A program made the translations under genes and the position numbers. From IMG/VR virus record IMGVR_UViG_3300022468_000286: a stretch of 64,000 nucleotides of DNA. One strand, written 5' to 3'. Of the stretch, positions 1 through 10,090 are shown in pieces. Position 1 is the first letter of the stretch. Each line of letters begins with the position of its first letter. The DNA is from a virus (lineage: Duplodnaviria > Heunggongvirae > Uroviricota > Caudoviricetes). A model generated the notes under the pieces. The model did not search any database. It was not told where the DNA came from and saw only the letters and a program-made list of their open reading frames with translations.

Positions 1-1
1 T

Positions 2-133
2 GTTGCAGAACGTGCTTACCTGTGGATGTACCGTAATCCAAAGGGCACTCAGATTGACCTTGATGGTGAATTTGACGTTACTCACATGATTCGCCGTCCA
101 CAACTGGTGATCAAGGGTACGACTTCTAACTAA
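2..133 (+). CDS. 3' end of an upstream structural gene (probably the major capsid protein), C-terminal 43 aa only
   Basis: Open frame 2 running off the window start and ending at TAA 131-133. It is followed immediately by a strong intrinsic terminator, and sits upstream of the head-tail joining genes. Confidence 0.3.
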   Translation, partial: VAERAYLWMYRNPKGTQIDLDGEFDVTHMIRRPQLVIKGTTSN

Positions 134-145
134 GAGTCCTACGAT

Positions 146-169
146 AGCCCCTTCGGGGGCTTTCTATTT
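146..169 (+). terminator. Rho-independent terminator (agcccc-UUCG-ggggct + T-run)
   Basis: 6-bp GC stem with UUCG tetraloop followed by tttctattt. Confidence 0.6.
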
Positions 170-214
170 AAGCGCCTTATCTTAGGGTATTTAAATAGAA
201 TAAGGAATAGGAAT

Positions 215-640
215 ATGTCACTAACAAATGTGCAAAAAGTTAAACTTGAAGTAGCTGATATTGATCCTGCTTTCCCGATCTTATCGGATACAGATTATAG
301 TTACTTCCTAGAGAAAAATAATAACAACGTAACCCGTTCAGCTATTGACGCTGCTAGGACTATCCTTTTAGTTCTAAGTCAAAGAACTGATGAAACAGTA
401 GATATCTTTTCAGTGCGTGGAAGTAAAGCTGCTGAACAGTATAGATTGTCCCTTCAGATGTTCCTGCGTGACCCTAGTACTAACCCTGTTTTACAGAATT
501 GCACTGGCTGGGTTGGTGGAGTTAGTCGAGAAGATATTATCGAAAAACTTGCTGATGCTGATGGGTATGCAGTGACCGTGCCTAGCACTTCACCTAATCC
601 TTCTGTTATCTATCCTGCTAACATCAATCCGTACTTCTAA
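215..640 (+). CDS. Head-tail connector/adaptor protein (gp6-like, putative)
   Basis: 141 aa. It is the first of four small ORFs lying between the capsid-gene terminator and the major tail gene. The N-terminal pattern KVKLEVADIDPAFPILSDTDYSYFLE resembles head-tail connector proteins. Confidence 0.3.
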   Translation: MSLTNVQKVKLEVADIDPAFPILSDTDYSYFLEKNNNNVTRSAIDAARTILLVLSQRTDETVDIFSVRGSKAAEQYRLSLQMFLRDPSTNPVLQNCTGWVGGVSREDIIEKLADADGYAVTVPSTSPNPSVIYPANINPYF

Positions 641-648
641 GGAGCCTC

Positions 649-1002
649 ATGAACGCTCTACAGATGACCACCAAGGCCATTGCGCGCCACGGGGTAGACC
701 TACCCTACACAAGTATCGTAACGGGCCTCTATGACCCTGAACAGGCCCGTCCTGCAGTCGTTAAGACTACCTACACCCTAAAGATGTACCCAAAGCAGTT
801 CTTTGCAAATCAGTATAACTTTCCTACATTAGTAGGCAAAGAAAATATACTGTTTTACCTCAGTGCCGAAGGTCTAGGATTTATTCCTAAAGTAAATGAT
901 GAAGTCGAATACAAAGGGAAGAAGTATAAAGTCTATGATGTGCAAGAGCATTTTGCAAACGCATCTGTAGCTCTTTACAAACTAACATCTTCAAGAGGTT
1001 AA
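649..1002 (+). CDS. Head-tail joining protein (putative)
   Basis: 117 aa small ORF in the connector gene block, with tight spacing and an RBS. Confidence 0.25.
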   Translation: MNALQMTTKAIARHGVDLPYTSIVTGLYDPEQARPAVVKTTYTLKMYPKQFFANQYNFPTLVGKENILFYLSAEGLGFIPKVNDEVEYKGKKYKVYDVQEHFANASVALYKLTSSRG

Positions 1003-1003
1003 T

Positions 1004-1489
1004 ATGGTTAGTGCAGATACAGATAAACTTCTGAAAGAACTTCAAGAGTTCTATAAAGAGACAGTTCGCCGTATGGAAAATATGGTGAGAGGTTTTTCTT
1101 ATGAGATTGCTGTAACTGCAATTCAGAATACACCTTTAGGGGACTCTGTGCTGTACCGAGAACTCTATATGTCCCGTCAAGCTCCATTACCTCAAGTTGA
1201 AGGTCTTGCTAGGGGCGGTTGGCAGGTCAGTAACGATGGTACTCTTGAATTTCAATCTGCTCTTTACGGACGAGACTCTGGCAGTGCAGCAGCAAGTGCA
1301 GCAAAGATACACCTTATGAACTACAAGCTAGGTGACGTGGTATTGATTGGTAATAAAGGCCCGTACATTATGGAACTTGAAAAGAACCATAGTGAATATA
1401 CCAAAGGCCAAGGGATTATGCAACCAACCATAAGTTCAATAATGGCTGTACAACAAGCGAGTCTTCTACGGCACTACCAACAAGGATAA
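1004..1489 (+). CDS. Head-tail joining / neck protein (putative)
   Basis: 161 aa. Its start lies 2 nt after the stop of the previous gene, inside the connector block. Confidence 0.25.
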   Translation: MVSADTDKLLKELQEFYKETVRRMENMVRGFSYEIAVTAIQNTPLGDSVLYRELYMSRQAPLPQVEGLARGGWQVSNDGTLEFQSALYGRDSGSAAASAAKIHLMNYKLGDVVLIGNKGPYIMELEKNHSEYTKGQGIMQPTISSIMAVQQASLLRHYQQG

Positions 1490-1495
1490 TAGAAG

Positions 1496-1903
1496 ATGGA
1501 AATATTGAATACAAAGAAAGCGACAGAGAGGTTGCTACTAAGCATCACCCCTTCAGTTCCTACTGGATTTGAAGGTGTGGATTTTGACCCCCCTGTTGAT
1601 GCTCTATACCAGAGGTGCCAGTTCAGGATTGACCCTCCAACTGATCCAGTGTTCCCAGCAGGATACCACAGAGAGAACATGCAGATGCAAGTTTTTATCG
1701 CTGGAATCAAGGGACAAGGTACAGGGGAAGTGATTGCAAGAGCAGAACTTCTACGCCAAACATTCTACAAAGGTTTGACTCTCATTGAGGGGACAACCAG
1801 AATCCATATACTTGAAACTGCACAGATTGGCTCAGTATTTACTGCTCAAGATCGGGTGGTTTTACCTGTGCTTATCTCACTAACCGCAGAAGTATATCAG
1901 TGA
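1496..1903 (+). CDS. Tail terminator / tail completion protein (putative)
   Basis: 135 aa, the last small ORF before the major tail gene. Assignment is by position only. Confidence 0.2.
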   Translation: MEILNTKKATERLLLSITPSVPTGFEGVDFDPPVDALYQRCQFRIDPPTDPVFPAGYHRENMQMQVFIAGIKGQGTGEVIARAELLRQTFYKGLTLIEGTTRIHILETAQIGSVFTAQDRVVLPVLISLTAEVYQ

Positions 1904-1924
1904 CAGTGAACCTGATTCACTTTT

Positions 1925-1946
1925 AGCCTTCGGGCTTGTTTTATTT
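1925..1946 (+). terminator. Intrinsic terminator/attenuator (agcc-UUCG-ggct + T-run)
   Basis: Hairpin with UUCG loop followed by tgttttatttg. Confidence 0.45.
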
Positions 1947-1973
1947 GCAAATAAACAAATTAAGGAAATATAA

Positions 1974-3185
1974 ATGCCAATCGCAAAAGGTGTAAGTAAA
2001 AAAGTTGCTTACAAAAAAGAATCTACATGGGGTACACTAGCTGGCACAACTGGTTCGAAGTACCTGCGTCGTGTTACTGCTAACTTTAACCTGACAAAAG
2101 AAACATATGAGTCTGCTGAAATCCGTACAGATTACCAAGTCGCTGATATGCGTCACGGTGTACGGAGTTCGGAAGGTTCTCTGAACGGTGAACTGTCGCC
2201 TAATACTTATTCGGATTTCATGCAATCTGTGCTGGCCCGTAACTTTACAGCCGGTGGAACAGTTGCTGGTGCTTCGATTACGATTGCAGTATCTGGTCAA
2301 TTCTTCACAGTGACTCGTGCTGCAGGTAGCTGGATTACTGACGGTTTCTATGTCGGTAACGTTGTTCGTCTGACCGGCGCCGGTTTTAACGCAGCTAATA
2401 CTGGCAATAACTTGCTGGTTGTAGCTATTACTGCTCTGGCACTGACCGTTCGTGTACTATCTGCAACTCCAATGGTTGCTGAAGGTCCTATTGCTTCTGC
2501 TGGTGCTTCAGTTGTTGGTAAGCAAACATTTGCTCCACTGACTGGTCACACTGATGACTCATACACTATTGAAGAATGGTATAGCGATATCGCTCAATCA
2601 GAAGTATACACTGGTATGAAGGTCGGTACAATGTCTGTGCAGCTTCCAGCTACAGGACTTGTTACTTGTGATTTCAGCTTCATGGGTAAGAACCTTGAGC
2701 AGAAAGGCACTGCACAGTATTTCACGACTCCTACTGCTGCAGGTACTAATGGTATCTTTGCCGCTGTATCTGGCGCTCTTGTGGTGAATGATGCTCCAGT
2801 TGCTTTGATTACCTCTCTGGACTTCAGTGTAGAGCGCGGTCTTGAAGCTGCTAACGTAGTGGGTTCTAACTTTGCTGCTGACGTATTTACTGGTCGTATT
2901 CGTGCTACTGGTAACTTCAGTACTTACTTCCAAGACGGTACATTCCGTGATTACTTCGATACCGAAGCAACGATCAGCCTTGTGGTTGCTCTGTCTACCG
3001 GTTCGGAAAAGAACGCTGATGTTATCTCGTTCACATTCCCTAAAATCAAGGTTGGCTCTGCAACAAAAGCTGACTCAGAAATGGGTATTGTCCAAGAACA
3101 CAGCTTCACGGCTCTGCTGAATAGCGTAGCTGGAACTGGTCTGGTAGAATCTACCATCATGGTGCAAGACACCGCAGTAGTGTAA
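1974..3185 (+). CDS. Major tail (tube) protein
   Basis: 403 aa, Ala/Gly/Thr/Val-rich beta-type protein. It lies immediately upstream of the chaperone pair and tape measure gene (canonical V-G-GT-H order). It is preceded by an RBS and followed by a terminator. Confidence 0.5.
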   Translation: MPIAKGVSKKVAYKKESTWGTLAGTTGSKYLRRVTANFNLTKETYESAEIRTDYQVADMRHGVRSSEGSLNGELSPNTYSDFMQSVLARNFTAGGTVAGASITIAVSGQFFTVTRAAGSWITDGFYVGNVVRLTGAGFNAANTGNNLLVVAITALALTVRVLSATPMVAEGPIASAGASVVGKQTFAPLTGHTDDSYTIEEWYSDIAQSEVYTGMKVGTMSVQLPATGLVTCDFSFMGKNLEQKGTAQYFTTPTAAGTNGIFAAVSGALVVNDAPVALITSLDFSVERGLEAANVVGSNFAADVFTGRIRATGNFSTYFQDGTFRDYFDTEATISLVVALSTGSEKNADVISFTFPKIKVGSATKADSEMGIVQEHSFTALLNSVAGTGLVESTIMVQDTAVV

Positions 3186-3198
3186 ACTATTGAATTAA

Positions 3199-3232
3199 CC
3201 CCCTTGGAGAAATCCTTGGGGGTTTTCTTTTG
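3199..3232 (+). terminator. Putative intrinsic terminator (ccccc...ggggg + T-run)
   Basis: GC stem with gggggttttcttttg after the major tail gene. Confidence 0.4.
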
Positions 3233-3242
3233 TCGATTTAAC

Positions 3243-3273
3243 TTGATTATACAACATCCGTGTGGTATAATTG
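3243..3273 (+). promoter_or_regulatory. Sigma70-like promoter TTGATT-N17-TATAAT
   Basis: ttgattatacaacatccgtgtggtataat directly read upstream of the chaperone gene. Confidence 0.45.
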
Positions 3274-3322
3274 AGACTTAGATGGAATAAAATCCAAATT
3301 ATTAACCTGAGAAAGGAAAACT

Positions 3323-3727
3323 ATGCTAGACCTTAAAGTAACAAATCTTGCAGAATCTGCCGAAGCTGGCTACGAATTTGAACTCCTACTGCCCGAGTCT
3401 ATGGAAAAGACCGGGGGCTTTATTAAAGTGCGTGGCCGTATGTCCGCACCTGTACGTAATCACGCAAAGCGTAAGTACACAGAATACACCCAACGTGAAA
3501 TGCAAGCCAAGCGTAAGGGTAAAGAACTTGAAGCGATGACCATTGATGAAGCTGAAGACGCTGCAGTAGAAAACGCAATCGTGCGTATTATTAGCTGGCG
3601 TGGTATCGGTAAGGATGGCGTTGAGATTCCTTTCAATAAGGAAAATGCTGATACAGTCCTGCGCGAACATACTTGGATTCGTGACGCAGTGATGGAGGAA
3701 TCAGATAATCTGCTGAACTTTCAATGA
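3323..3727 (+). CDS. Tail assembly chaperone (gpG-like)
   Basis: 134 aa acidic protein immediately upstream of the tape measure gene. The downstream frame is open and overlaps the end of this ORF. Confidence 0.5.
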   Translation: MLDLKVTNLAESAEAGYEFELLLPESMEKTGGFIKVRGRMSAPVRNHAKRKYTEYTQREMQAKRKGKELEAMTIDEAEDAAVENAIVRIISWRGIGKDGVEIPFNKENADTVLREHTWIRDAVMEESDNLLNFQ

Positions 3728-4109
3728 TGAAGACCTTGACGATGCATTAGCTTTTGCTCGTCAAGAGTTTGAATTAGCTGAGAGACAGCAAGATGGCAAA
3801 TCCCTTAGAGAGCATTTACAAGCAGTTGTAAAGCAAGGGATTATGCCTAAGGAGTTAGAAAATCTAGTTAAACTACCAGACAGCCTTTCGCATGTTTGGT
3901 ACTGGTTTCTGGATTTACATAATACTCGGTCTTCTGGTTTTGGTGCTTCCCCTATTACTTACTGCGAAATACAAGCGTACTTTAGTTTACTTGAACTCCA
4001 AGTTGAACCTTGGGAAGTAGACTTAATAAAGCGATTTGACAGAATTGCCCTTGAGGTAACTGCCGAACAGCAAGAGAAGACGGAAAAGAAAAATAAAAGA
4101 AGTAAGTAA
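3717..4109 (+). CDS. Tail assembly chaperone extension (gpT-like). Probably expressed as a frameshift fusion with 3323..3727; the stand-alone ATG is at 3843.
   Basis: The +1 frame is open from 3717 (42 codons) with no ATG, GTG or TTG before 3843. It overlaps the last 3 sense codons plus the stop codon of the upstream chaperone ORF. Confidence 0.4.
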   Translation, partial: TFNDEDLDDALAFARQEFELAERQQDGKSLREHLQAVVKQGIMPKELENLVKLPDSLSHVWYWFLDLHNTRSSGFGASPITYCEIQAYFSLLELQVEPWEVDLIKRFDRIALEVTAEQQEKTEKKNKRSK

Positions 4110-4113
4110 TATT

Positions 4114-4135
4114 AGGCCCTTCGGGGCCTATTTTC
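4114..4135 (+). terminator. Intrinsic terminator (aggccc-UUCG-gggcct + T-run)
   Basis: Perfect 6-bp GC stem with UUCG loop followed by attttct. Confidence 0.55.
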
Positions 4136-4186
4136 TATGTGGCTTACTGAATAGGCTATATAGCAAATAATAAAGAAGGAAATGAA

Positions 4187-7100
4187 ATGCTTAATCTAAG
4201 CGAATTAGCTTTTACAGTTCGGACTGAAGCCCTTGTAGATGCGGCTAATAAAGTAGCGGCTCTTGGGGAGTCCGTAGAGAACCTTGCAGGTTCATTCCAG
4301 AAACTAGAAAAGGCATCTTCAGATGCTGAGAAAACACAATCGCGAAATGCTAAGGCTGCAGCACAAGCTGTAGAAGCTCAAGCTAAGCCAAATAAGGCTC
4401 TAAGTGAAGCTGAATCTGCTGCGCTTAAAACAACCTCTGAACGTACTGATGCTGAAACTAAGAAGGTTAAAGCTCTAAAGGCAACGACACAAGCTGTAGA
4501 TGAAAGTACAGAAAGCGCCAAGAAGAGTTTAAGTATCCTTGAGCGCCAACAAACCATTCTAGAATTCCAAGCTAATGGTTACTCTAAAGGGCAATCCTCA
4601 ATTCTTGCATATGCTAAAGCTGCCGGTGTAGCTTCGGATGAAATTCAAGAAATCGGCAGAGTTCTACAAGCACAGAGAACTCTCATGGGAGGTGATCCGT
4701 TTGATAAAAGTCTAGGAAGCCTTCGCTCACTCCAGAACGAATTTAAATCTCTGAAAGAAGTACAACGTCTTTACACTGCAGAAATACCTTTAACTAGAAA
4801 GCAGATGGAAAATCTGGCTCTCGATAAGATTCGCCTTATCGAAGCTATGAAGATCGAGGGCAAGTCGATGACTGACATTAAAAACGCCATCCGTCAACTT
4901 AATGTAGAGTATATCACAACTGCCGGTAGTATTAATAAAATGATTCAAGCTGAGAACGCAATTGATGCTGCTCATAAAGATGCAGCTAAAGCGGCCTCGT
5001 ACCTTGAACGTGAAATGCAACGTGTAAACTTTGCCCTTCAAGAACAGAACAATGAACTGAACAAAGGTACTGCTAATGCTCTTAATCGTTTTGAACAAAA
5101 CCTGAAGCGTAGTGGACTTACCCTTGATCAGCAAAGAGTAAAGATGGATGAATATCGCAAATCTTTACTTGCTCTGGAAAAGACTAAAGGCGGTGGGAAT
5201 ACGGATTATATTAGTCGTGCCCTTGGTCCACAGATTACTGATATTTTCGTTGGTCTTGCTACAGGACAAAGCCCGTTGACAGTTATGCTTCAACAAGGTG
5301 GTCAACTGCGAGATCAGTTTGCTCTTGCTGGTGTTGCTGCTGCTGATATGGGTGCTACCATGCGTACTGCTGCTAGGGAGATGGTAACATCTGTAGCCGC
5401 TGTTGCTGGTGCCTTTAAGGATTTAATTGTAGGCGCCTTCATTGATACAGGCAAGGGTCTTGTGAACATGGTTGTTCAGTTTACAGGGCTGGCTAATGTA
5501 ATTGAAAAGGCAAGATATCAATTAACTCTGTTTGCAATGTCAGACCCATCTTTTGGTAAACCCCTGCTCGCTTTCTTTGCTGCACTTCGTGTGGCTGTGA
5601 TTGGTTTTGCAGCTACTATGGCCGCTACAGGTATTGGGGCGCTTATAGCTATGGCGGTTGCTATCAAGCAAGTTATCTCTGAAAATAATACTCTAGCGCG
5701 CTCTCTAGCTCTGTCTGGTGGAAGTCTAGCATTAACTCATAGTTCTGCTGTGCAGTTTGTAGAGACACTTTCAAGCATGGGAGTTACAACTGGCGTTGCT
5801 ACTGAAGCTCTGGCTGCAATGGCTAAGGCTGGCGGTTTCACAAGAGATGAAATTCTTATGGTAGGCAAGGCCGCTGCCGAGATGTCTACATATGCTGGCG
5901 TTTCGGTAGAAGATACAGTTAAAGCCTTTGATAAGCTCAAAGATAAGCCTGTAGAAGCCCTTATAGATATTGCCAAATCAACTGGTATGGTTTCTATTGA
6001 AACTATTAAGATGGTTGCTGAATTGCAAAAGGCAGGAAAGACGACAGAAGCTGCTGCGCTGGCTATGAAGACATATGCGGACGTTACTAAAACTCAAGTA
6101 CAGCAAATGAAGGATAACTATAATGGTTTTTCTTTGTTCATGATTAACTTGGGCAAGGGAATTAAGAACTTCTTCTCTGAGACTTTCAAAGTTCTTTTCT
6201 TAGCTAGTGATCCAACTAAGGAACTAGAAAAGCAACTTAGGAATACTCAAACACTGATTAACCAGTATAAAGGCGCTGCCACTTATACCCCTGAGGGTGC
6301 CACTGGAAGACAGGTAAAAATACTGGAAGAGCGTGCTAGAATGATCTCCAGCGAAATTAGCTCACAAGTGAGGCTGAATACTGAAAAAGAGAAACAACTT
6401 CAGCAGCAATCAGAAGAGGCCAAAAACTTTGGAATCGTTTCTGATGTTATGAAAGGTGTTAGCGGCGTGCTTGATAAGCAAATCGAGAAGACTCTTTCAC
6501 TGACAGATTACACTAAAAAGTACATCGCAGAGAAAACAAAAGAAGGCAAGTTCTCAAAAGAACAGCTTGCTAATATTGAAAAAGCCGCAAAGATTGAATG
6601 GGAAGGTCTGCAAAAGAAATCAAGCAATAAAGCTGATCCTCAAGAGAAGTATTTCGAGAGCCTAATGCGTAGTCTAACAAATGAAACAATCAAGGCTACA
6701 ACAGAACAGGACAAGTTAACCAAAGCATATACCAAGATGCTTGAATTAGCTGCCGACCCTCGATTCCAGAAACTTTCTGAACAAGAGAAAGCTAAAGCAT
6801 TTGACCTGCTAAACCAAGCTCATAACGCTGAACTAGCAACTGCTGCTACTGAACGTCAGACCGCAGCCGAAGAACTTAGGAATAAAGTTCTAGGTAAGGC
6901 AGAAGGACTTGGGAAGGAATATTACGATACTCTTGCGAAGATTCAACAGTACAATAAAGACGGTGTGTACTCTGATTCAGAAGTTATTCAACTGACTGAA
7001 GCATTATATAGAGCCACTCCTGCCTATAAAGCAAATATCAAAGCTGTTGAAGAGCTTAACGGCCTTCTTTTGAAATACAAAGAAGCAGCTATGGCAAGCT

Positions 7101-10069
7101 CACAAAGCATTGAGCAAGATAATGCTGCACTTGATCTTAGAATGCAAGTTCTAGGGCAAACAGAGTCTCAACAAGTTGCAATAACTCGTGAGTATGATCG
7201 TCAAGCTAAACTGTCTAGAGTTAATCTTGACCTTGAACTTAAGCGTCTTCAGATCGCTAAAGATTTTGCAGATAATCCAGTTAAACGCTGGGAACTTGAA
7301 GAACAAGCTGAACGTGAAGCTGCAGAGAAACGCAAAGTCATTAATCGTGAAGTTGCTGTTGCGTATGCAGAAGACATGCAGAAGGAATTCGACAGAATTC
7401 GTAACGGAATTACTGACAGTATTGTTACTGCTTTGTTTGAAGGCGGTAAAGCTGGCTCTAAGAAATTGCGTGATTTGGTTGTCGGCGCATTACGTCAGAA
7501 AGTCACCATCGTTGTAGATGCAGTGGTTAATACCTTGCTCGGCAATGTCATCGGTAGCCTTCTTGGCGGTGGTGGAGGCGGCATCGGTGGCGCAGTTGGC
7601 GGAGGTGCTGGCGGTCTAATTAATGCTGGCATGCAAGGCTACAGCCTTTACAGCGGTTTAACAAGCGGCACAGGTATTCTTGGTCGTATCGGTGGGATGA
7701 TTGGACTTGGCGCTTCAGCAGGTACTACTACAACAATTGGTGTAGGAACAAGCCTTGCTAACCCCGGAATGGCTGCAGCAATTAACCCACTAGCCGGTGC
7801 AGGCGCGGGCGCTGGGGGTGGGCTAGGTGCACTGGCTACAGCAGCTCCTTACATTCTCGCCATCGTCGCTATTGCTGCAAGTTGGAAGAAACTCTTTGGT
7901 CGTGAGTTGAAAGACTCTGGTATTCAAGGTCAATTTGGTGGTAAAGAAGGTTTCCAAGGTCAAGCTTATAGATTCTATAAGGGCGGTCTGTTCCGTTCCG
8001 ATAAGACTGAACTGAGTCCAATCGACAAAGCACTTCAGAAACAACTTGGTGACGCATTCACTGCAATGAAGACTCAAGTTACGGATTTTGCTAAGGTGCT
8101 GGGTCTTAATGCTGATAAGCTGAAGAACTTCACGTCAGATATTAAGATTAGTCTTCACGGCATGAACGAGAACGACATTTCTTCAAAGATTCAGGAAGCT
8201 CTGGCTACTGTGAATAATGAAATGGCGCAGGAGATTCTGGGTGAATGGGAAGATAAGACAAGAACTGAACGTAGAGTTGTAGCAGGTACAGGCTCGGGAA
8301 GCTCCGGAAGAGGTGCTGACGATTTTGATTCAAATCCAGCACAATTCGAGGATGTAACTGTAACTGATCGCGTCTATAAAGCAAGTAAGTACGCCAAGGA
8401 GGGTGAAAAAGCAATCGACACTCTAACTCGTCTTGCTACATCTCTTTCTGCAGTCAATCAAGTGTTTGACACACTTGGTGTTAAGCTGTACGAAAGTAGT
8501 CTTGCTGGCGGTGATTTAGCTAGTCAATTGGTTGATCTATTTGGTGGTATTGACAAGTTTGTTCAAAGCACGAACTTCTATTACCAAAACTTCTACTCTG
8601 CAACAGAACGTCAAGCTACGGCTCAACGTCAACTAGAAGCAGAATTTAAGAAGAATGGACTGACACTTCCTAAGACTCGTGAAGAGTACCGTAAGCTTGT
8701 GGAATCACAAGACTTGAGTACAGAAAAGGGTCGGAAGATGTATGCACTGCTGATGCAACTTGCACCAGTATTCGCTGAGATTTCTCAGAGTGCAGAAGAC
8801 ATTGCTGCTGCTGCGAAGGATAAACTTCGTGATGCATTGGAAAGTGCTTACAGTGCTTTAGAGAAAGCTGTGAATGCTCAGAAAGAACTTCTGCAGCAAC
8901 AAGCTCAGACTGCTCAAGAGACTGTTAACCGCTTGAAGGGTATTTTTGACATGCTTTCGAAGAATGTCAGAGAACTCTACATGCAAGTGGATAGTACTGC
9001 AAAGATGCTTGCAAGTCAAGGCCGAGCAGTTATTCAGCAAGCTCTATCTTCAGGTGTACTGCCAGATCAGAAACTACTGGAAGATTCTATCGGTGCTGTC
9101 CGTTCAGATATTGAAAGCACTCAATATGCTACTCAGTTTGAACAAGACAAAGCTAGATTAGAACTTGCTGCTGAACTGCAGATTCTACAAGAACAGGCTG
9201 GTGCACAACTAAGCACTGCTGAACTAATTCTGAAGGGTATCAAGGATCAAATCGAATATCTGGATGGTCTATTAAAGACTGCCAGAGAACAGATTGATGC
9301 TGCTCTTGGAATTACCAACGCTGTGATTAGTGTCGAACAAGCTCTCAAAGACCTAGCAGATATTCTTAAGCCCGCTGCTCCAGATACTGGAACTGTAGGT
9401 AAAGGAAATAATGCAGTCGCAGGTAAGCCTGTGTTTGGTCCTACCGGCCCCGGCCCTAGTGGCCCTGCTCCCAAAGAGTTGAAGCCCGGTGAAAAGACGG
9501 CAGACGGCAAGTACGTGGTCGAAGCTTATCTTGGAAGTTACGGTACAGTTGTCCGTAGTGCTACTGACGAAGAACAATCTAGACTTGCAGCCAAAGAGGA
9601 TGCTTACCGTCAAGCTTGGGCCGTTGGTACAGAATCTGGTGATTTGGCTTCGTTCTTTATTATGGCTCGTGACAGTGGTATTTCTCTACTGGAGCTATCT
9701 GCTCTTGCAGGTTATTACTATGAAGATATGTACAAGGCTGCTACCTCTGTGGGTGTTCAGCGATTCGCTACAGGCGGCGCATTCACTAATGGAATTGTAC
9801 AACGTCCTACTAACTTCAATATGGGTCAGATGGGTGAAGCTGGACCTGAAGCTATTCTTCCGTTGACAAACGTAGGAGGTCGCTTAGGTGTTCACGCTGT
9901 AGGTTCTGGATCAGAAACTGAAGAGAGTTCTGTTCTTTCACGTAGAGTTGACAATATGAGTATTGAACTGCAAGCAATTGCTATAAATACTTCTAAGGTC
10001 GCTAGACTGCTGGAACGTGTAACACGCGACGGTGAATCACTCATTGTCAAAGATGCTGCAACAGTTTAA
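4187..10069 (+). CDS. Tail tape measure protein
   Basis: 1960 aa, with long alpha-helical coiled-coil stretches. There are hydrophobic segments around aa 480-510 and a Gly-rich segment (LLGGGGGGIGGAVGGGAGG) around aa 1125-1220. A conserved C-terminal motif (FATGGAFTNG...GEAGPEAILPL) is present. Position after the chaperone pair fits. Confidence 0.9.
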   Translation: MLNLSELAFTVRTEALVDAANKVAALGESVENLAGSFQKLEKASSDAEKTQSRNAKAAAQAVEAQAKPNKALSEAESAALKTTSERTDAETKKVKALKATTQAVDESTESAKKSLSILERQQTILEFQANGYSKGQSSILAYAKAAGVASDEIQEIGRVLQAQRTLMGGDPFDKSLGSLRSLQNEFKSLKEVQRLYTAEIPLTRKQMENLALDKIRLIEAMKIEGKSMTDIKNAIRQLNVEYITTAGSINKMIQAENAIDAAHKDAAKAASYLEREMQRVNFALQEQNNELNKGTANALNRFEQNLKRSGLTLDQQRVKMDEYRKSLLALEKTKGGGNTDYISRALGPQITDIFVGLATGQSPLTVMLQQGGQLRDQFALAGVAAADMGATMRTAAREMVTSVAAVAGAFKDLIVGAFIDTGKGLVNMVVQFTGLANVIEKARYQLTLFAMSDPSFGKPLLAFFAALRVAVIGFAATMAATGIGALIAMAVAIKQVISENNTLARSLALSGGSLALTHSSAVQFVETLSSMGVTTGVATEALAAMAKAGGFTRDEILMVGKAAAEMSTYAGVSVEDTVKAFDKLKDKPVEALIDIAKSTGMVSIETIKMVAELQKAGKTTEAAALAMKTYADVTKTQVQQMKDNYNGFSLFMINLGKGIKNFFSETFKVLFLASDPTKELEKQLRNTQTLINQYKGAATYTPEGATGRQVKILEERARMISSEISSQVRLNTEKEKQLQQQSEEAKNFGIVSDVMKGVSGVLDKQIEKTLSLTDYTKKYIAEKTKEGKFSKEQLANIEKAAKIEWEGLQKKSSNKADPQEKYFESLMRSLTNETIKATTEQDKLTKAYTKMLELAADPRFQKLSEQEKAKAFDLLNQAHNAELATAATERQTAAEELRNKVLGKAEGLGKEYYDTLAKIQQYNKDGVYSDSEVIQLTEALYRATPAYKANIKAVEELNGLLLKYKEAAMASSQSIEQDNAALDLRMQVLGQTESQQVAITREYDRQAKLSRVNLDLELKRLQIAKDFADNPVKRWELEEQAEREAAEKRKVINREVAVAYAEDMQKEFDRIRNGITDSIVTALFEGGKAGSKKLRDLVVGALRQKVTIVVDAVVNTLLGNVIGSLLGGGGGGIGGAVGGGAGGLINAGMQGYSLYSGLTSGTGILGRIGGMIGLGASAGTTTTIGVGTSLANPGMAAAINPLAGAGAGAGGGLGALATAAPYILAIVAIAASWKKLFGRELKDSGIQGQFGGKEGFQGQAYRFYKGGLFRSDKTELSPIDKALQKQLGDAFTAMKTQVTDFAKVLGLNADKLKNFTSDIKISLHGMNENDISSKIQEALATVNNEMAQEILGEWEDKTRTERRVVAGTGSGSSGRGADDFDSNPAQFEDVTVTDRVYKASKYAKEGEKAIDTLTRLATSLSAVNQVFDTLGVKLYESSLAGGDLASQLVDLFGGIDKFVQSTNFYYQNFYSATERQATAQRQLEAEFKKNGLTLPKTREEYRKLVESQDLSTEKGRKMYALLMQLAPVFAEISQSAEDIAAAAKDKLRDALESAYSALEKAVNAQKELLQQQAQTAQETVNRLKGIFDMLSKNVRELYMQVDSTAKMLASQGRAVIQQALSSGVLPDQKLLEDSIGAVRSDIESTQYATQFEQDKARLELAAELQILQEQAGAQLSTAELILKGIKDQIEYLDGLLKTAREQIDAALGITNAVISVEQALKDLADILKPAAPDTGTVGKGNNAVAGKPVFGPTGPGPSGPAPKELKPGEKTADGKYVVEAYLGSYGTVVRSATDEEQSRLAAKEDAYRQAWAVGTESGDLASFFIMARDSGISLLELSALAGYYYEDMYKAATSVGVQRFATGGAFTNGIVQRPTNFNMGQMGEAGPEAILPLTNVGGRLGVHAVGSGSETEESSVLSRRVDNMSIELQAIAINTSKVARLLERVTRDGESLIVKDAATV

Positions 10070-10090
10070 CTATTGTTGATTAATAAAGGA

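Noticed and set aside
7560-7830. Gly-rich low-complexity stretch in the TMP considered as a collagen-like or repeat domain
   Set aside because: There is no regular Gly-X-Y periodicity. It looks like a flexible or hydrophobic Gly/Ala segment, as commonly seen in tape measure proteins.
4790-9866. Multiple 60-125-aa ORFs on both strands inside the tape measure gene (e.g. 4790..5134 -, 5737..5976 -, 7188..7517 +, 9489..9866 +)
   Set aside because: They are fully embedded in a 1960-aa gene with a strong continuous coding signal. They have low-complexity translations and no RBS, so they are spurious antisense or alternate-frame ORFs.
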